Below, in pieces: positions 1-8,703 of a DNA stretch of 64,000 bases. Position 1 is the stretch's first letter, and every line of letters starts with the position of its first letter. This stretch comes from Dehalococcoidia bacterium (GTDB taxonomy: Bacteria > Chloroflexota > Dehalococcoidia > Lucifugimonadales > UBA1127), in assembly GCA_965205235.1 (NCBI GenBank), contig CBDBGD010000008.1, positions 106,629 through 170,628 on the forward strand. Direction: 5' to 3'. Under the pieces are notes generated by a model that worked only from the letters and a program-made list of their open reading frames with translations, ran no database searches and had not been told where the DNA came from. Position numbers and translations under genes: made by a program.

Positions 1-1614
1 GCCCGCTACGCCCCCGCCGGAGGCAACATCCTCTTCAGCATGGACCAGGGCGGCGACGAGCGCGGCCAGCTCTACCTCCTCTCCGACGACACTGCGGAGG
101 TCACGGCGCTGACCAGCGAGCCTGAGGTCATCCACACCTTCGGCGCGTGGTCGCCCGACGGTCGGTCCGTCGCCTACGTCTCCAACCGGCGCCATCGCGC
201 CTTCTTCGACGTCTATGTGCGCGACCTGGGCGCGGACGAGGCGCGGCTCGTGTGGCAGCAGGACGGCAGCAACGGCGTCGTCGCCTGGTCGCCGGACGGC
301 CGCTACCTCCTCGTGAGCCAGGCCGCCACCAGCCTCTACAACGAGCTCTTCCTGCTCGACATAACTACCGGCGAGGCCCGGCAGCTCACTCGTGGGACGG
401 GCGACGCGGCCTACGCCTCTCCCCACTGGTCGGCGGACGGCACGAAGGTCCATCTGCTGACCAACCAGGACCGCGAGTTCCTCGCGCTGGCCTCCATGGA
501 CCCTGCCACCGGCGCCGTCACGACCCGGCACGCGCCCGATTGGGACGTCGAGATGCTGGCCTGCTCCCGCGGCGGCCGCATCGCCTACGTCACCAACGTC
601 GACGGCTACTCGGAGCTGGCGGTGCTCGACGCGGAGGGCGCACAGCCCCGCGCCGTCGACGGCCTCCCGCGCGGCGTCATTACGACGCTCACCTGGTCCC
701 GCGACGGAGAGCGACTGGCAGCGGCTGTGAGCGCTGAGACGCGTCCCAGCGACGTTTGGGTCGTCGACGCGTCGTCGCTCGACGCCCGGCAGCTCACGCA
801 CAGCGACCTGGGTGGCCTGGCTGACGACGCCTTCACCCCGTCGGCCCTCGTCCACTACCCGACCTTCGACAGGCAGCAGGTGCCGTCGTTCTTCCACCTC
901 CCGCCCGGCGCCGCTGCGACCGGCGACCTGCCCGTGCTGGTGTACGTCCACGGCGGCCCCGAGGCGCAGTCGAGGCCGGGCTTCTCGCCCATCGTGCAGT
1001 ACTTCGCCCACCGGGGCTACGCCGTGCTGGTCACCAACGTCCGGGGCAGCACCGGCTACGGGCGCACCTACGTCCACCAGGACGACGTGGAGAAGCGCAT
1101 GGACGCCGTGCGCGACCTCAAGCACGCCGTCGACTGGCTGGTCAGCTCCGGCTACTCCCGGACCGAGCGCATCGCCGTCATGGGCGGAAGCTACGGCGGC
1201 TTCATGACCCTGGCCGCCGTCACGACCTACCCCGACCTCTGGGGCGCCGCCGTCGAGCTGTTCGGCATCGCCAACTTCCACACGTTCATGGAGAACACCG
1301 GCCCGTGGCGGCGCAAGCTGCGGGCGACGGAGTACGGCGACGCGGACCGTGACGCCGACCTCCTGCGGGAGATATCGCCCATCCACCGCGTCGACAGGAT
1401 TCGCGCGCCGCTCATGGCGCTGCACGGCGCCCGTGACCCGCGCGTGCCCATCGGCGAGACGGAGCAGATCGTCGCCGCCCTCCAGGAGCGCGGCCAGCCC
1501 GTCGAGTATGTCCGCTTCGAGAACGAGGGCCACGGCTTCATCAAGTACGACAACCGGGTCCGCGCCTACACCGCCATCGCTGACTTCTTGGACCGCCACA
1601 TCATGGCGGGGTAG
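1..1614 (+). CDS. S9 family serine peptidase (prolyl oligopeptidase / acylaminoacyl-peptidase type), probably 5'-truncated by the window edge
   Basis: The frame is open from nt 1 (ARYAPAGGNILFS precedes the first ATG at 40). Repeated WSPDG/WSADG/WSRDG beta-propeller blades. C-terminal alpha/beta hydrolase with GGSYGGFM nucleophile elbow, HGARDPRVP and NEGHGF. Confidence 0.85.
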   Translation, partial: ARYAPAGGNILFSMDQGGDERGQLYLLSDDTAEVTALTSEPEVIHTFGAWSPDGRSVAYVSNRRHRAFFDVYVRDLGADEARLVWQQDGSNGVVAWSPDGRYLLVSQAATSLYNELFLLDITTGEARQLTRGTGDAAYASPHWSADGTKVHLLTNQDREFLALASMDPATGAVTTRHAPDWDVEMLACSRGGRIAYVTNVDGYSELAVLDAEGAQPRAVDGLPRGVITTLTWSRDGERLAAAVSAETRPSDVWVVDASSLDARQLTHSDLGGLADDAFTPSALVHYPTFDRQQVPSFFHLPPGAAATGDLPVLVYVHGGPEAQSRPGFSPIVQYFAHRGYAVLVTNVRGSTGYGRTYVHQDDVEKRMDAVRDLKHAVDWLVSSGYSRTERIAVMGGSYGGFMTLAAVTTYPDLWGAAVELFGIANFHTFMENTGPWRRKLRATEYGDADRDADLLREISPIHRVDRIRAPLMALHGARDPRVPIGETEQIVAALQERGQPVEYVRFENEGHGFIKYDNRVRAYTAIADFLDRHIMAG

Positions 1615-1650
1615 GCGCACGACTGTCTGCATTCGACTGGAGGCCTGCTG

Positions 1651-2133
1651 ATGCCCGTGGGGCGGTTCATAGCCATGGTCGGGATGCTGGTCTGGCGCCG
1701 CAGCGACGGCAGGTATCTGCTGCTCCGTCGGTCGCCGGAGAGGGACTTCGCTCCTGGGCAGTGGGAGACCGGCTCCGGTCGCCTGGAGCAGGGCGAAGGC
1801 TTCATCCAAGGCTTGCGGCGCGAGGCGCAGGAGGAGCTGGGCTTGGACGTGCGCATCGAGTGCATCCTCGGCACGACGCACTTCTACCGCGGCGCGCCAA
1901 CGCCGGAGAACGACATGGTGGGCGTCAGCTTCGGCTGCTCCGTCGAGGACGCGTCCGGCCTGCGGGTGAGCGCCGAGCACTCGGAGCACCGGTGGGTGAC
2001 CGCCGACGAGGCCGCGGCGTTGGTCCCGGCGGGCCATTGGCTCAGCCGGCTCATCGCGCGCGCCGATGCGTTCCGCGAGCAGATGCCGGCTGAGCTGCGC
2101 AAGCTGCATTGGGATGGGGACTTCGAGTTCTAG
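1651..2133 (+). CDS. NUDIX hydrolase
   Basis: 160 aa. Nudix box GRLEQGEGFIQGLRREAQEELGL fits GX5EX7REUXEEXGU. Confidence 0.85.
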   Translation: MPVGRFIAMVGMLVWRRSDGRYLLLRRSPERDFAPGQWETGSGRLEQGEGFIQGLRREAQEELGLDVRIECILGTTHFYRGAPTPENDMVGVSFGCSVEDASGLRVSAEHSEHRWVTADEAAALVPAGHWLSRLIARADAFREQMPAELRKLHWDGDFEF

Positions 2134-2157
2134 CCGAGATTCGACACAACACGGACG

Positions 2158-2186
2158 TTGACAACAACACGCTTGTTGTGCATGGT
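2158..2186 (+). promoter_or_regulatory. Putative hicAB promoter with overlapping palindromic operator
   Basis: TTGACA at 2158-2163. A 7-bp-arm inverted repeat ACAACAA-cacgc-TTGTTGT at 2161-2179 overlaps it. GAGGG Shine-Dalgarno lies just before the GTG at 2195. The -10 element is poor (CATGGT). Confidence 0.3.
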
Positions 2187-2194
2187 ATGAGAGG

Positions 2195-2383
2195 GTGAAC
2201 GCACGGGAACTCCGTCGCTGGTTGAGGAAGCATGACTGCACGGTCCATACCCACAAGGGCGGAAGCGGCCATCTCACCGTCCGGCTCGGAGACCGCACCA
2301 GCCAATTGCCGATGCACGGTGGCCGGAGGGAGTTAGGACGGAGACTCGTTGCGAAGATCAAGAAGGACTTGGGGTTGGACTGA
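2195..2383 (+). CDS. hicA: HicA family type II toxin (mRNA interferase)
   Basis: 62 aa. KGGSGHLTV...LPMHGGRRELGRRLVAKIKKDLGL fits the HicA/YcfA pattern. The stop overlaps the next ATG (TGATG). Confidence 0.8.
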   Translation: MNARELRRWLRKHDCTVHTHKGGSGHLTVRLGDRTSQLPMHGGRRELGRRLVAKIKKDLGLD

Positions 2384-2841
2384 TGCTTGCTTATCCCATA
2401 ACGCTGGAGAATGACGACGGGACCCTGCTCGTAACATCCCCCGACTTCCCGGAGCTGACGACCTTCGGAGATGACCGCGAGGAGGCCCTCGCCTGCGCCG
2501 TTCACGCCCTGGAAGAGGCTCTGGCAGCCCGCATCCACGACCGCAAGGACATTCCCACGCCGTCTCTGGGCGAGACCTATGCAGTGCTGCCGACCCTGAT
2601 TTCGGTGAAAGTGATGCTCTACCGGGAGATGAGAGACCAGGGTATCGGCAAGGCGGAGTTGGCTCGCCGCCTCGGGTGGTACATGCCGCAGGTGGATCGG
2701 GTGCTGGACGTCCAGCACCGGTCGGGAATGGACGCGATGGACGCTGCCTTGGGCGCCGTCGGACGGCGGTTGCACGTAACCGCCGCAGCCATGGCCCATT
2801 CGTCGGTTGCAGTCGGAGAAGAGACCCGTGGCTCGCATTAG
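2383..2841 (+). CDS. hicB: HicB family antitoxin with C-terminal HTH
   Basis: 152 aa. The N-terminus YPITLENDDGTLLVTSPDFPELTTFGDDREEAL is typical of the HicB fold. C-terminal GIGKAELARRLGWYMPQVDRVL is helix-turn-helix-like. 1-nt overlap with hicA. Confidence 0.78.
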   Translation: MLAYPITLENDDGTLLVTSPDFPELTTFGDDREEALACAVHALEEALAARIHDRKDIPTPSLGETYAVLPTLISVKVMLYREMRDQGIGKAELARRLGWYMPQVDRVLDVQHRSGMDAMDAALGAVGRRLHVTAAAMAHSSVAVGEETRGSH

Positions 2842-2880
2842 CCGCAATGGGCCGTTACATTCCACTGTGAGGTGCTGAGA

Positions 2881-4011
2881 ATGGCCGAAAGATCCGGTAG
2901 CATCGCCAACCTGGAGCGAGTCAACGCCCTCATGGACCGCGACGGCTTCGACGCCCTGGTCCTGCGGTCCGGCATCAACTTCACCTACCTCGCGGGCTTC
3001 GCCTACCCCGGCACCCTCGCCCGCCACCTGGACCTCGCCGACTCGCCTCGCGGCGTGTTGCTGGTCTGGCCCCGCCACGGCAAGCCTGCCCTCGTCCTCA
3101 ACAGCTTCGCCGCGCCCCTGGCCCGCAAGGACTCGTGGATTGAACGCGTCGAGCAGTACGACGACTACGGCGAGTCGGTGTACGCGAAGGCCGCGGCGGT
3201 GCTGGCCGACCTGGGCCTGGCCGACGGCCGGCTGGGGCTGGAGAAGAGCTACGTCAACGCAGCCCACTGGGAAGAGGCGCACGCCCTCCTCCCCGATGCT
3301 CGCATATCCGACTGCACGGCGATGATGCACCGGGCCCGCTGGGTGAAGACCCCCGCCGAGGTTGCGCTGATCGAGGAGGCCGCCGACCTCTTGGACGAGG
3401 CCTACCTGGAGGTGTTCTCGACGGTCCGCGCCGGGCAGTCGGAGCGGGAGGTCCACGGGCGCATCCTGGAGAGCTGCATTCGCAGAGGCGCGGGGTGGGC
3501 CCACGGCATCCTCAACTCCAGCCGCAACACCGTGGTCTACGGCGGCGAGGGAGACACGACGTTCGAGCCGGGCGACATCATCCGCAACGACTACGTCGCG
3601 TATCTCCGAGGCTACCCCGGCCACCAGTCCCGTACGGTGATCATGGGCCCGCCGTCCGACGAGCAGCGCCGCACCTACGGCGCCGTGCGGGACGTCTACC
3701 GCGCCACCATCGACCACTGCCGCCCCGGCGTCCGGGCCAGCGACGTCTACCGCTACGCCGCGAATGCCTTTTTGGACGCGGGCTTCACGGGCCGCGTGGC
3801 CCTGGCCGGGCACAGCGTGGGGGCGTGGTGGCACCAGCAGCCGCCCTTCCTCGTGCCCAGCGACAACACCGTCCTGGAGGCGGGCATGGTGCTGGCCCTG
3901 GAGCCCCACGTCGACTACTGGCACCTGCAGGACATGGCGCTGGTCACCGACGACGGCTCCCGCCTCCTCTCGGACCGCTTCAGCACCGACGAGATGCTGG
4001 TGGTAGGGTAA
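2881..4011 (+). CDS. M24 family metallopeptidase (Xaa-Pro peptidase / creatinase-like)
   Basis: Creatinase/prolidase-type N-domain (LMDRDGFDALVLRSGINFTYLAG) plus pita-bread domain (NDYVAYLRGYPGHQSRT, GHSVG, VLALEP). GAGGTG Shine-Dalgarno 6 nt before the ATG at 2881; the ORF track starts at GTG 2872. Confidence 0.82.
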   Translation: MAERSGSIANLERVNALMDRDGFDALVLRSGINFTYLAGFAYPGTLARHLDLADSPRGVLLVWPRHGKPALVLNSFAAPLARKDSWIERVEQYDDYGESVYAKAAAVLADLGLADGRLGLEKSYVNAAHWEEAHALLPDARISDCTAMMHRARWVKTPAEVALIEEAADLLDEAYLEVFSTVRAGQSEREVHGRILESCIRRGAGWAHGILNSSRNTVVYGGEGDTTFEPGDIIRNDYVAYLRGYPGHQSRTVIMGPPSDEQRRTYGAVRDVYRATIDHCRPGVRASDVYRYAANAFLDAGFTGRVALAGHSVGAWWHQQPPFLVPSDNTVLEAGMVLALEPHVDYWHLQDMALVTDDGSRLLSDRFSTDEMLVVG

Positions 4012-4059
4012 TCCTCTCCAGGGGCGGGACATCGAGCGGGCCAGGAGGATGGCGACGGA

Positions 4060-4404
4060 ATGGGAAAGCCAATGACCGAGGAGTATCGAAAGTTCGACCC
4101 GGCGGACTACATACGGACGGAGGAGGATGTCCGGGGGCTTCTCAGGGCTGCCGTCGATGAGGACCCTGGGGACGGCGCCGTGATTCGTGCCGCGCTGCGA
4201 CACGTGGCACGGACACGGAACATGAGCGCCCTTGCCCGCGACACCGGCCTGAACCGCGGCAACCTCTACGAGGCCCTGTCCGAGGACGGCAACCCCACCC
4301 TGGCGACGCTGTTGAAGATCACCAACGCCCTGGGGTTGAGGCTGTCCCTCGAGCCCGTGGAGGACCGCCCCGGACGTCCCGCTCGACCCCACATCGCGTC
4401 GTAG
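4060..4404 (+). CDS. Addiction-module antidote protein (HigA-like HTH), no partner toxin adjacent
   Basis: FDPADYIRTEEDVRGLL...NMSALARDTGLNRGNLYEALSEDGNPTLATLLKITNALGLRLSLEP matches the 'probable addiction module antidote' family pattern. The alternative start is ATG 4072. Confidence 0.78.
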   Translation: MGKPMTEEYRKFDPADYIRTEEDVRGLLRAAVDEDPGDGAVIRAALRHVARTRNMSALARDTGLNRGNLYEALSEDGNPTLATLLKITNALGLRLSLEPVEDRPGRPARPHIAS

Positions 4405-4979
4405 CGGCACCCCCCCGTTCGTGGTGAGCCCCGTCGAACCACGGGCCCACGCCCGCTGAGGGTGCCGGCGTGCCACCCGCCCCTATCCCCACACCCCTCC
4501 CATCCCCTACCATCACCCCATGCCCACACACCGCACGCGCCCGACCACCATCGTCGTCCCCGCGTCCTCTCTCGCCCCTGCCTGGACGTTGTTCCGCGCC
4601 CCCTCTCCAGCGGCCCGAATCGTGCCTGCGCCGGCCCCCTCCGTTGTTCCGCGGTTGTTTCGATCGGCACTCGTTTCCTATCTGCGCCGCGCGGTTCCAA
4701 CCCGCCCTCGCGAAACAACCTCCAACCTGCGTCCCCCTCTCCGATGGCGGTTCGATCAGACGAGTCCAAGCTGGTCCTCCGCAAGCCCCGATTCAACCGC
4801 GATTCAACCTCAAAGCTGTTTCGGCGCCCCGCCGCGTCGCCCCAGGCACGGACGGGCCGGGAAAAAACCCGCGGGACGAAACGAAACGAATCGAATGCTT
4901 CCCGGAGGAGGGCGTGGCGCGCGTGGGCCCGTTCATGGTGAGCCCCGTCGGACCACGGGCGGGGAGGTGTGGGGGCCGA
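4405..4979. repeat. Composite intergenic repeat locus 1 (hairpin motif B, C-rich/G4 module E, long repeat A, second B-like motif)
   Basis: Motif B (GTGGTGAGCCCCGTCGAACCACGGGCCCAC) at 4421-4450. C-tract module at 4476-4525. Repeat A at 4587-4895. B-like copy at 4931-4962. All recur elsewhere in the window. Confidence 0.8.
4587..4895 (+). repeat. Repeat family A, left copy (~300 bp)
   Basis: By-eye alignment to the reverse complement of 10745-11037. Shared blocks include GCGATTCAACCTCAAAGCTGTTTCG, GACGAGTCCAAGCTG, CGCGGTTCCA(A/G)CCCGCC, CGCGAAACAACC and GGGAAAAAAC. Contains an internal inverted repeat, GGTTGTTTCG (4653-4662) and CGAAACAACC (4711-4720). Confidence 0.75.
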
Positions 4980-5765
4980 CTACACTTTCCGGTTGTCCGT
5001 GACGTACACCGGCAGGCCGTTGACCATCTCCGTGCGGTAGTCGCTGAAGAGGTTGGGCCAGCGCTCCACGGCAATCTCGGCGATCTTGGCGAAGACCAGC
5101 CGGATCTCCTCCTCCGCCCACGGCGCCGTGCGCTGCTCGATGACGTGGCGCAGCGTCCGCATGTTGCAGGACCAACCCACGTTCGTCGCCAGACCGATGG
5201 GCGCCACACGCCGCATCGCCGACGTGATCTCCTTCTTCTCGTCGAAGGAGGCGCGGTCGTCCAGCGCGAACATCTCCGCCAGCTCCCGCTGGAGCTTCGA
5301 CAGCTCCTCGAAGGTGCGGGCGAAGATCGTCATGGCCTCCGGCGACTCCTGGATGCTCACCGGCGCGTACCAGTTGAGGTCGGTCAGACGCACGAACCGC
5401 AGCGACTCCTGGGAGATGGCCGTGCCCACGCGGTGCCGCACCAGCTCGTGCGTGAAGACCCGGCTGACGTCGGCCAGGAAGAAGTTGACCACGCCGTGCT
5501 CCAGCACCGAGCCGTCACCCTTCTGGATGATGTTGGTGAGGTAGCTCTTGTTGGTGCGGCGGACCCGGGTCACGTTGGGGTTGAGGTCCGTGCCGAAGGA
5601 TCGGTAGCACGCCCTGCCGAACACCTCGCACAGCAGCTCCATGTCGGTGGGCGCGTCGGACCGCCAATCGGGCGCGCCCAGGTGCGTCAGCAGGGCCTCC
5701 AGACCGTCGCGGTGCACCTGCGACTCGCCGATGAGGAAGACCTTGGGCTCCACCCGCGTGGCCAT
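4980..5765 (-). CDS. thyX: FAD-dependent thymidylate synthase ThyX
   Basis: 261 aa. ThyX signature region HELVRHRVGTAISQESLRFV (RHR...S motif) and a downstream conserved Arg cluster (MRTLRHVIEQR). Confidence 0.85.
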   Translation of the reverse strand: MATRVEPKVFLIGESQVHRDGLEALLTHLGAPDWRSDAPTDMELLCEVFGRACYRSFGTDLNPNVTRVRRTNKSYLTNIIQKGDGSVLEHGVVNFFLADVSRVFTHELVRHRVGTAISQESLRFVRLTDLNWYAPVSIQESPEAMTIFARTFEELSKLQRELAEMFALDDRASFDEKKEITSAMRRVAPIGLATNVGWSCNMRTLRHVIEQRTAPWAEEEIRLVFAKIAEIAVERWPNLFSDYRTEMVNGLPVYVTDNRKV

Positions 5766-5807
5766 CTTCTGACTGCCCTCCCGGACCGTGTTCGTTGGGC
5801 TTTCGGC

Positions 5808-7358
5808 TTATCCGCTGCGATTGTAGAGGTAGTGGGGCGCCCCCTGCTCCGGGGGGTACGCCTCGTAGAAGCGCTGGACGTAGGGGAGCAGCTCCCGCGC
5901 CACCCGCTGCCGGGTGCGCTCCTCCTCCGTCAGTTCCTGCGCCAGCGACTCCTTGAGCTGCGCGACCACAGCGTCCCTGTCGACCCTGGTGAAGCGGCGC
6001 CCACGCAGCAGCACCTCGCCGTCGACGATCACGGTGTCGACGTCCAGGCCGCGGCCGCGGTACAGCAGCGCGTCGACCATGTCGGTGCTCGGGTCCAGGT
6101 AGGGCTCGACGATGTGCTCCAGGTCGACCAGGACGACGTCCGCCCGCGCGCCCACCTCCAGCGTCCCGATGCGTGCGCCGAAGAGCGTGGCCGTCGCGCC
6201 GTTGACGGTCGCCATGCGCAGCACGTCGCTCGACGACGGCAGCGGCGAGGCCACCCCCGGCTCCCGGTGGATCTTGGCGACCAGCCGCATCTCCTGCAGG
6301 ATGTCGTTGTCGTCGTTGATCCCCGCCTCGTCAATGCCGATGGCCACGGTGACGCCCTTCTGCACCATGCGGTTCACCGGCGCGACGCCGCTCTTGAGGC
6401 GCAGGTTGGAGCTGGCGTTGTGGCAGACCACCGTCCCCGTTTCGGCCAGGATCGCCATGTCCTCCTCGGTGAGCCACACGCCGTGGGCACACGAGACCTC
6501 CGGCCCCAGGAAGCCCAGGTCGTACAGGTGCCGCAGGGGAGTCACGCCCCAGGTCTGGATGCCGTACTGCTTCTGGTAGACGCTCTCCATAAGGTGGATG
6601 TGGAGGCCCGTGTTGTAGCGGGCCGCGGCCTCCTTCATCCCCTGCAGGGCCGCGTCGGTGCACCACTGGACGTTGGCCGGGCTCAGCAGCAGTCGGACGC
6701 GCTCCCGCTCGTTGCGGCCGTGGGCGTCGAAAAGCTGGGCGAACTGCGTGATGTAGTCCTCCCAGGTGATGGCCATGGCCTGAAGCTCCGCCTCGAGCTG
6801 TTGGGCCAGGCTGCGGGGGAGCGTGGCCAGGAACTGCGCGTCGTCCTGGTAGACGATCTGGTTCTGGTCACGAAAGGCGGGCGAGAAGGCCACCCGCATC
6901 CCCGACACCTCGTAGCCGCGCAGCACCTCGTGGGCGTGGTGCATGCGGTCTCCCATCGCCGTGATGCGCACGCCGGAGCCGGCGCCGTTGTGCATCACCG
7001 TCGTGATGCCCGACCCGATCATTTGCAGCGCGCAGTACAGCGTGTCCAGGTAGGGGTCGACGTACCGTGTTCCCTTGCGCTCGGCGATCCACGTCTCCAG
7101 CGGCAGGTCCAGGTTGCCCAGCTGGAAGGGCGTCAGGCCCACGTGGTGGTGGGCGTTGATGAGCCCCGGCAGGACGATGTGCCCCGACGACCCGATCTCC
7201 TCGTCCGGCGTGTGGCGGGCCCGGAGCTCGGCCGTGGTGCCCACGTCGACGATGCGGCCGTCGCGCTGGAACAGCGCGCCGTTGTCGATGACCTGCGCGC
7301 GGCCGCCGGCGTCGACGCCGCAGACCAGGTGCTTGCCGTAGACCAGCGACGAGGGCAT
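5808..7358 (-). CDS. Amidohydrolase family protein (TRZ/ATZ chlorohydrolase / aminohydrolase type)
   Basis: 516 aa. Metal-binding LPGLINAHHHVG (HxH), then later HLMES and CAHGVWL motifs and a C-terminal GxDxxxxD-type region, all typical of amidohydrolase_1. Confidence 0.8.
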   Translation of the reverse strand: MPSSLVYGKHLVCGVDAGGRAQVIDNGALFQRDGRIVDVGTTAELRARHTPDEEIGSSGHIVLPGLINAHHHVGLTPFQLGNLDLPLETWIAERKGTRYVDPYLDTLYCALQMIGSGITTVMHNGAGSGVRITAMGDRMHHAHEVLRGYEVSGMRVAFSPAFRDQNQIVYQDDAQFLATLPRSLAQQLEAELQAMAITWEDYITQFAQLFDAHGRNERERVRLLLSPANVQWCTDAALQGMKEAAARYNTGLHIHLMESVYQKQYGIQTWGVTPLRHLYDLGFLGPEVSCAHGVWLTEEDMAILAETGTVVCHNASSNLRLKSGVAPVNRMVQKGVTVAIGIDEAGINDDNDILQEMRLVAKIHREPGVASPLPSSSDVLRMATVNGATATLFGARIGTLEVGARADVVLVDLEHIVEPYLDPSTDMVDALLYRGRGLDVDTVIVDGEVLLRGRRFTRVDRDAVVAQLKESLAQELTEEERTRQRVARELLPYVQRFYEAYPPEQGAPHYLYNRSG

Positions 7359-7464
7359 GGGAGACCTCCTCCGGGGGCTGGGTTGCCATGAGTGTAGTGG
7401 ATGGAACGGCCTCGTGGAAGGGTGGGGCGTGCTGATTCACCGATTGTGGAAGGGCTCCCCCGCC

Positions 7465-7494
7465 TTGACAGCGTACGTTCAGCATCGGTAGCAT
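7465..7494 (+). promoter_or_regulatory. Putative sigma70-type promoter of the formamidase gene
   Basis: TTGACA (7465-7470), 18-nt spacer, TAGCAT (7489-7494). It lies about 57 nt upstream of the GTG at 7551, which has an AGGAGA Shine-Dalgarno. Confidence 0.4.
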
Positions 7495-7550
7495 CGGGCC
7501 AATCCGTCAACACCCTTGCTATACCGCTGCGCAGTTCGAAAGGAGAAGCC

Positions 7551-8660
7551 GTGAAGAGCGTTGAGATCGATCGCAGCAAACCCCTGGCCGGCGAGCCCCA
7601 TACCGGACATAACCGCTGGCACCCTGACCTCACGCCCGTCCTGGAGGTGGACGAGGGAGAGGAGGTCGTCCTTCCCACGCGGGACGCGCTCGACGGGCAG
7701 TTTGACGCCTCCACCACCGTGGCCGACTTCGGCAACCTCAACCCCGGTCCCATCCATCCGCTCACGGGGCCGGTCTACGTGAAAGGCGCCGGCCCGGGGG
7801 ACCTGCTGGAGGTGGAATTCCTGGACATCCAGCCCGAACCGTGGGCGTTCACGTGCATCATCCCTGGGCTGGGCTTCTTGCGAGACCTGTACGAAGCCCC
7901 CTTCATGGTGCACTGGAACATCGCCGATGGCTGGGCGACGTCGCCCCAGCTTCCGAATGTGCGCATCAAGGGCGCGTCGTTCATGGGCGTATCGGGCGTG
8001 GCGCCGTCGCACGACGAGGTGCAGCGTTGGGCGCAACGGGAGCAGGACCTGGTGGGCCGCGGCGGCTTTGCCTTCCCCCCCGATCCTGGGGGTGCAGTCC
8101 CCGTCGACGGGGCGGCCGCCACCGACGGCCTGCGGACCGTCCCGCCCCGGGAGAACGGCGGCAACTTCGACGTCAAGCAGCTCTCAAGCGGGTCGAAGCT
8201 CTACCTGCCCGTCTCCGTCGAGGGTGCTCTCTTCTCGACTGGTGACGCCCACTTCGCCCAGGGCGACGGCGAGGTGTGCGTGACCGCCGTCGAGATGGGG
8301 GCGACGGCCAACGTGCGCTTCCGGGTGCTCAAGGGCGAGGCGAGCCGTCGGAATATCCAGGCGCCCCTGTTCAGCCGCAGCGACTACTTCATCGACCCCG
8401 CTTGGGCGTCGCCGCAGAGGTTCACCGCGACGATGGGCATGCCCATCGCTCCGGACGGCACGAACGAGGGCGAGAACCTGACCCTGGCCTGCCGGAACGC
8501 TCTCCTGGCCATGATCGACCTGCTGGTAGACCGGGGCTGGAGCAGGGAGCAGGCGTACTGCATCTGCAGCGTGGCGGTTGACCTGCGCATCAGCAACGTG
8601 GTGGACGTTCCCAACTACGTGGTCTCGGCCCTCCTGCCGGAGGACATGTTCGTCCAGTAG
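7551..8660 (+). CDS. Acetamidase/formamidase family protein
   Basis: Start chosen at GTG 7551 (AGGAGA Shine-Dalgarno at 7541-7546). N-terminus VKSVEIDRSKPLAGEPHTGHNRWHPD is the characteristic FmdA/AmdA opening. The ORF track's upstream extension to 7401 has no support. Confidence 0.85.
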   Translation: MKSVEIDRSKPLAGEPHTGHNRWHPDLTPVLEVDEGEEVVLPTRDALDGQFDASTTVADFGNLNPGPIHPLTGPVYVKGAGPGDLLEVEFLDIQPEPWAFTCIIPGLGFLRDLYEAPFMVHWNIADGWATSPQLPNVRIKGASFMGVSGVAPSHDEVQRWAQREQDLVGRGGFAFPPDPGGAVPVDGAAATDGLRTVPPRENGGNFDVKQLSSGSKLYLPVSVEGALFSTGDAHFAQGDGEVCVTAVEMGATANVRFRVLKGEASRRNIQAPLFSRSDYFIDPAWASPQRFTATMGMPIAPDGTNEGENLTLACRNALLAMIDLLVDRGWSREQAYCICSVAVDLRISNVVDVPNYVVSALLPEDMFVQ

Positions 8661-8703
8661 CCGCGACGGGTCGGGACGTTTGGGCGCTCCGAGCGCTGTG
8701 TCG

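Noticed and set aside
4470-7391. 973-aa ORF on the plus strand, the longest ORF in the window
   Set aside because: Its translation is low-complexity (R/P/G/A/V/D/H/L-rich) with no motif. It runs through repeat locus 1 and is then antisense to thyX and the amidohydrolase, both of which have clear family signatures. This is a typical high-GC antisense artefact.
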